Made by a program: the position numbers and the translations under genes
NCBI GenBank assembly: GCA_033442325.1
Contig: JAWQFM010000009.1
Coordinates: 145,968 to 209,967 of the forward strand
Reading direction: 5' to 3'
DNA from: Salpingoeca rosetta
Lineage: Eukaryota > Protista > Choanoflagellata
Length of the DNA: 64,000 nucleotides
Notes under the pieces: generated by a model
The model's database searches: none
The model's input: the letters and a program-made list of their open reading frames with translations, nothing else
Told to the model about the DNA's origin: nothing
Shown here: positions 40,301-64,000 of the stretch, one piece after another
How the letters are laid out: each line of letters starts with the position of its first letter
Position numbering within the stretch: position 1 is the stretch's first letter

Positions 40301-40731
40301 AGGCTGCTCATGTTGAGGTGGTTGAGGGCGGTGAGGGTGGCGAAGGCACCGGCCTCGATGCTGGTGATTGGATTATTGTCCAAGATGAGGGCGGTGAGCG
40401 TGTGCTGCAGGCTGACGGCGTTCTGGAACGCGGCAGCGGAGACCATGGAGATAAGGTTGTTGGAGAAGTCGAGCTGGGCAATTGGGGTGCCGTCGTCAAA
40501 CTGCAAGGAGCACGGCAGCTCGGTGAGCCCTTGCGATGCACACTGCACCTTCAGGGGCTCGGTCGTGTTGGGGGAGCAGTTGGTCAGCTGGCATGCCTCG
40601 CACAGCGTGATGTTGTTGCAAGCAGCGAGGGCGACGTCACAAGGCGCAACAAGCAGCAGCGCCAACCCCGCTGCAGCAACCGCCGCCGCCAAACGAACTG
40701 GTGCCATCCACAACGGCCTCCTCTTCGTCAT
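37357..40731 (-). CDS. Intronless type-I membrane LRR protein, 1124 aa (signal peptide, LRRNT, ~35 LRRs, LRRCT, TM, short tail)
   Basis: Start MTKRRPLW...LALLLVA; Cys cap (VQCASQGLTELP); 24-aa LxxLxLxxNxIxxxxxxxFxGL repeats; PLDCC...MCAMPLHLRG...C cap; TM IAALAGGGGLVVVVVVFLAY. Confidence 0.93.
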   Translation of the reverse strand: MTKRRPLWMAPVRLAAAVAAAGLALLLVAPCDVALAACNNITLCEACQLTNCSPNTTEPLKVQCASQGLTELPCSLQFDDGTPIAQLDFSNNLISMVSAAAFQNAVSLQHTLTALILDNNPITSIEAGAFATLTALNHLNMSSLKLAGALSGNMFSTLTALLTLQLDGNQLDTLPANAFDGLTSLQSLNLANNPISILNADTFQGLSSLLSLSLAGAPISTLSSSSFAGLSALTTLNLNRVPLQTLSAQTFQGLSSLTELDLSNKKIAAIPTQAFVGLSSIESLNLQGNPLSKLSEGAISDMPKLTSLDLSNLAITAIPARSFDNLAALGNITLQGNPIAQLTNASFSSVPSLHTLDLSRCKLTSVPAAAFTAATRLSALTLARNAITTIAARALRGLSKLTAFDISNNPLRALPASIFQGLTSLATLNLAHTNCTLLPPALLTPLHALTSISAAGTPLRAIATGTFDGLPALQHLDLSNARITALAPHSLHNLPRLHDLALGGNPLANISSHALGGDLSSLTTLDLSALRIAAIAPHAMSGATNLTTLLLDHNAITALAADTFAGLSRLATLRITSNPALATLAGGAFDGLSALATLDLSRLPVAELPSHVFAGMSSLQSVVLTGVDLHTLQPNAFANLSHVAAISLAGMSLSSLPSHAFGALPALTSLSLDNNPLASLNTDTFAGPLPLLTTLDLSSHGITALPPRTFSGATAVRSLNLAHNAITTIAPDAFLGLSSATQLVLAGNPIAHVSAGSFAGLGALTSLDLSTSALTGIVSGSFSGLANLTTLTVDTPHLRHLFPGSFTGLSSLHHLSIANTCVTALPDGVLSPLVHVRTLSLRNSSLAGAAVSTLTFDGLSQLVALDLSNNDMTAIGDKAFRPLSATRTLNLSSNALGNFTQAASHVFKGMKALQVLDLSSNPFSTPPANLASLSSLRSVCMGDVPLDCCGLEDLRDSGVLDLNCSVAAMCAMPLHLRGARLMDTNGTLCTGPHKHPHSKAWYRQTRNIAALAGGGGLVVVVVVFLAYRHHRSTRRRYAFTTFDDGSADLPHPPPPSSSTPTTSSSRMSRSRSERTPLLLSAFDDSGRTNTHTHDTSSPRRSRRRRGRDDDDDDLNALSIRITQA

Positions 40732-41784
40732 GGCGTGTGGTTGTGTGGTTTTGCGCGTGTGGGTGCAGTGGTGCGTGTGTGTGTGTGCGTGTGTGTGTGT
40801 GTGCGTGTGTGTGTGCGTGTGGGTGTGTGCGTGTGTGTGTGCGTGTGGGTGCAGTGGGAGGTGTGTGTGTGCAAGTGTGTGTGTGTGTGTGCAAGTGTGT
40901 GTGTGTGTGCAAGTGTGTTGTGTGTGTGTGTGTGGTAATGTAATATGTTTGTGTATGTGTGGAAAGAGAGTGAAGAAAGCCACACCAAGAAAGAAGAAAG
41001 CCACACGCGAGGAACAGCTGGTGCGTGTGTTAGGCACAAGAAACGTCAATAGAGTGGCTGCACCCAGCAAACGGAACAACGAACACAGTAGCGCCCAGCA
41101 GCCGCATACGATGAGGAGAAATGAGCACACGCAGCACACACAAGCAAGCAAGCAAGCAACAAGCGACAACAGCAGAGAGGACACTCGAGCAACCAGCCAG
41201 CCAAACGCCGTGTGACAATGCGGGCAAGGAGGAATTGTGAAAGATTTGAGCGAATTTTCACCACAACAAGCTGGCTGGCGAGCTGCGCTGTTGCTTTCTT
41301 TCTTGGATTGCGAGGTTGGTGGTCGTGGTGGTGTGGTGTGGTGCGGTGAGGTGATGCTGCTGCTGCTGCTGCTGCTGTTGTTGTGGGTGTGTTTATGTTG
41401 TGGTGGGTGATGTGATGGGGGTCTGTTCAAGGTTCCACACACACACACACATATGTGCGTGTGTATGCGTGTATGTATGCACGTGTGCTGGCGTACAATG
41501 GTGCTGCGCTGCCGCCGCCGCTGCAGAAAGGCCTTTATGCCTCCTGTGTTTTGTTTGCTTGCCGTAGTGGTGTCTGCTCTGCACACAGCGCACGAACCAC
41601 AAGCCCAGCACGCACCCACGTGCTTTTTGCTTGTCAATCGCTTTTTGGCCAACAACCTCACCTCTACTGCGCTGTACGTGCAACAACCATGTCTGCTGAG
41701 ACAGTCCTGCTTGGTGCAGGTCGTTGGAGTGCCGTCATTCTACGCTTGGGCAGCGTCTTTGGCTTCGGCCCTGGCCCGGAGATC

Positions 41785-51609
<9,825 letters not shown>

Positions 51610-51707
51610 TCACTGCCATGTGTTGTGACATGCTGTGTGTGATGACGTGATGGCGAACGACGAGCGAGAGCGTTGAACACTGCTGTACTGTGACTATCAA
51701 CGCTTTT

Positions 51708-51771
<64 letters not shown>

Positions 51772-52196
51772 TCCCCGCCTCAGGTTAGCTGCGCGCCCAC
51801 CAAACATACACAACTGTTCCTGTGGCACTGGCGTCTTTTTTTCGTGCGTCCGTATGTTTCTGTAGCTGTTGGCTGTTATTGAGGGCAGCGCGAGTCACGT
51901 GAATGTGCGATGACGCTTGGCGACCCTTTGCTTTTTGTTATGTTTAGAGCTGCCTTGATGCGTCCACTTGTTCACTGCCCATGTCGCTTTGAAGGATTTG
52001 ATGAAGTGTTGTGACTGATGAATAACAACGTGAAACGACCCAACAGAGATTGGCACACAGTATGCCCACATGAAGGAGCGAGCGTGTATTGCTACGCAGA
52101 CACCATGGCTTTGTACACCACACAACGAAAGCATGCCGCAAGTGCGACAAACATGCACGACAAACGGACAAGACAACATTCGCTTTCCAGCGGTGT

Positions 52197-64000
<11,804 letters not shown>

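Noticed and set aside
37579-41215. Long plus-strand ORFs (530, 844 and 289 aa) opposite the LRR gene
   Set aside because: Antisense shadows of a GC-rich coding sequence; no recognisable domains.
40732-41661. N-terminal 310 aa of the 1434-aa ORF
   Set aside because: Read-through of CA repeats and leader sequence. The signal peptide begins at Met 40731.

Overview
Eukaryotic, gene-dense and intron-rich genomic DNA. The introns are packed with (GT)n/(CA)n microsatellites. Gene content and intron style point to a choanoflagellate, most likely Salpingoeca rosetta (inference). Splicing exons by hand (GT-AG, phases checked at most junctions) gives 11 protein-coding genes: a sterol desaturase/fatty-acid hydroxylase (-), WDR54 (+), a very large VWA3B-like gene (+), a GT4 glycosyltransferase (-), an unknown coiled-coil protein (-), glucosidase II beta/PRKCSH (+), a TRNAU1AP/SECp43-like RRM protein (+), a polytopic membrane protein with a NEMP-like motif (+), an intronless ~35-LRR type-I receptor (-), a PH-C2-INPP4 phosphatase (+) and a 5'-truncated androglobin (-). 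There is also a 100-N assembly gap. Most ORFs in the supplied track are microsatellite or antisense artefacts. The strongest leads are: (1) a degenerate nucleoside-diphosphate-kinase (NDK) domain spliced in-frame into the VWA3B-like protein between Tudor-like DUF4537 modules; (2) recurrent (GU)n-at-donor / (CA)n-at-acceptor intron polarity, suggesting structure-assisted splicing; (3) a TIR-less, TLR-like LRR receptor with a broken Asn ladder and a lysosomal dileucine signal; (4) an androglobin with an apparent distal Tyr(E7) and a ~240-aa exon between the globin and IQ motif. All homology calls rest on remembered family motifs; no database searches were run.
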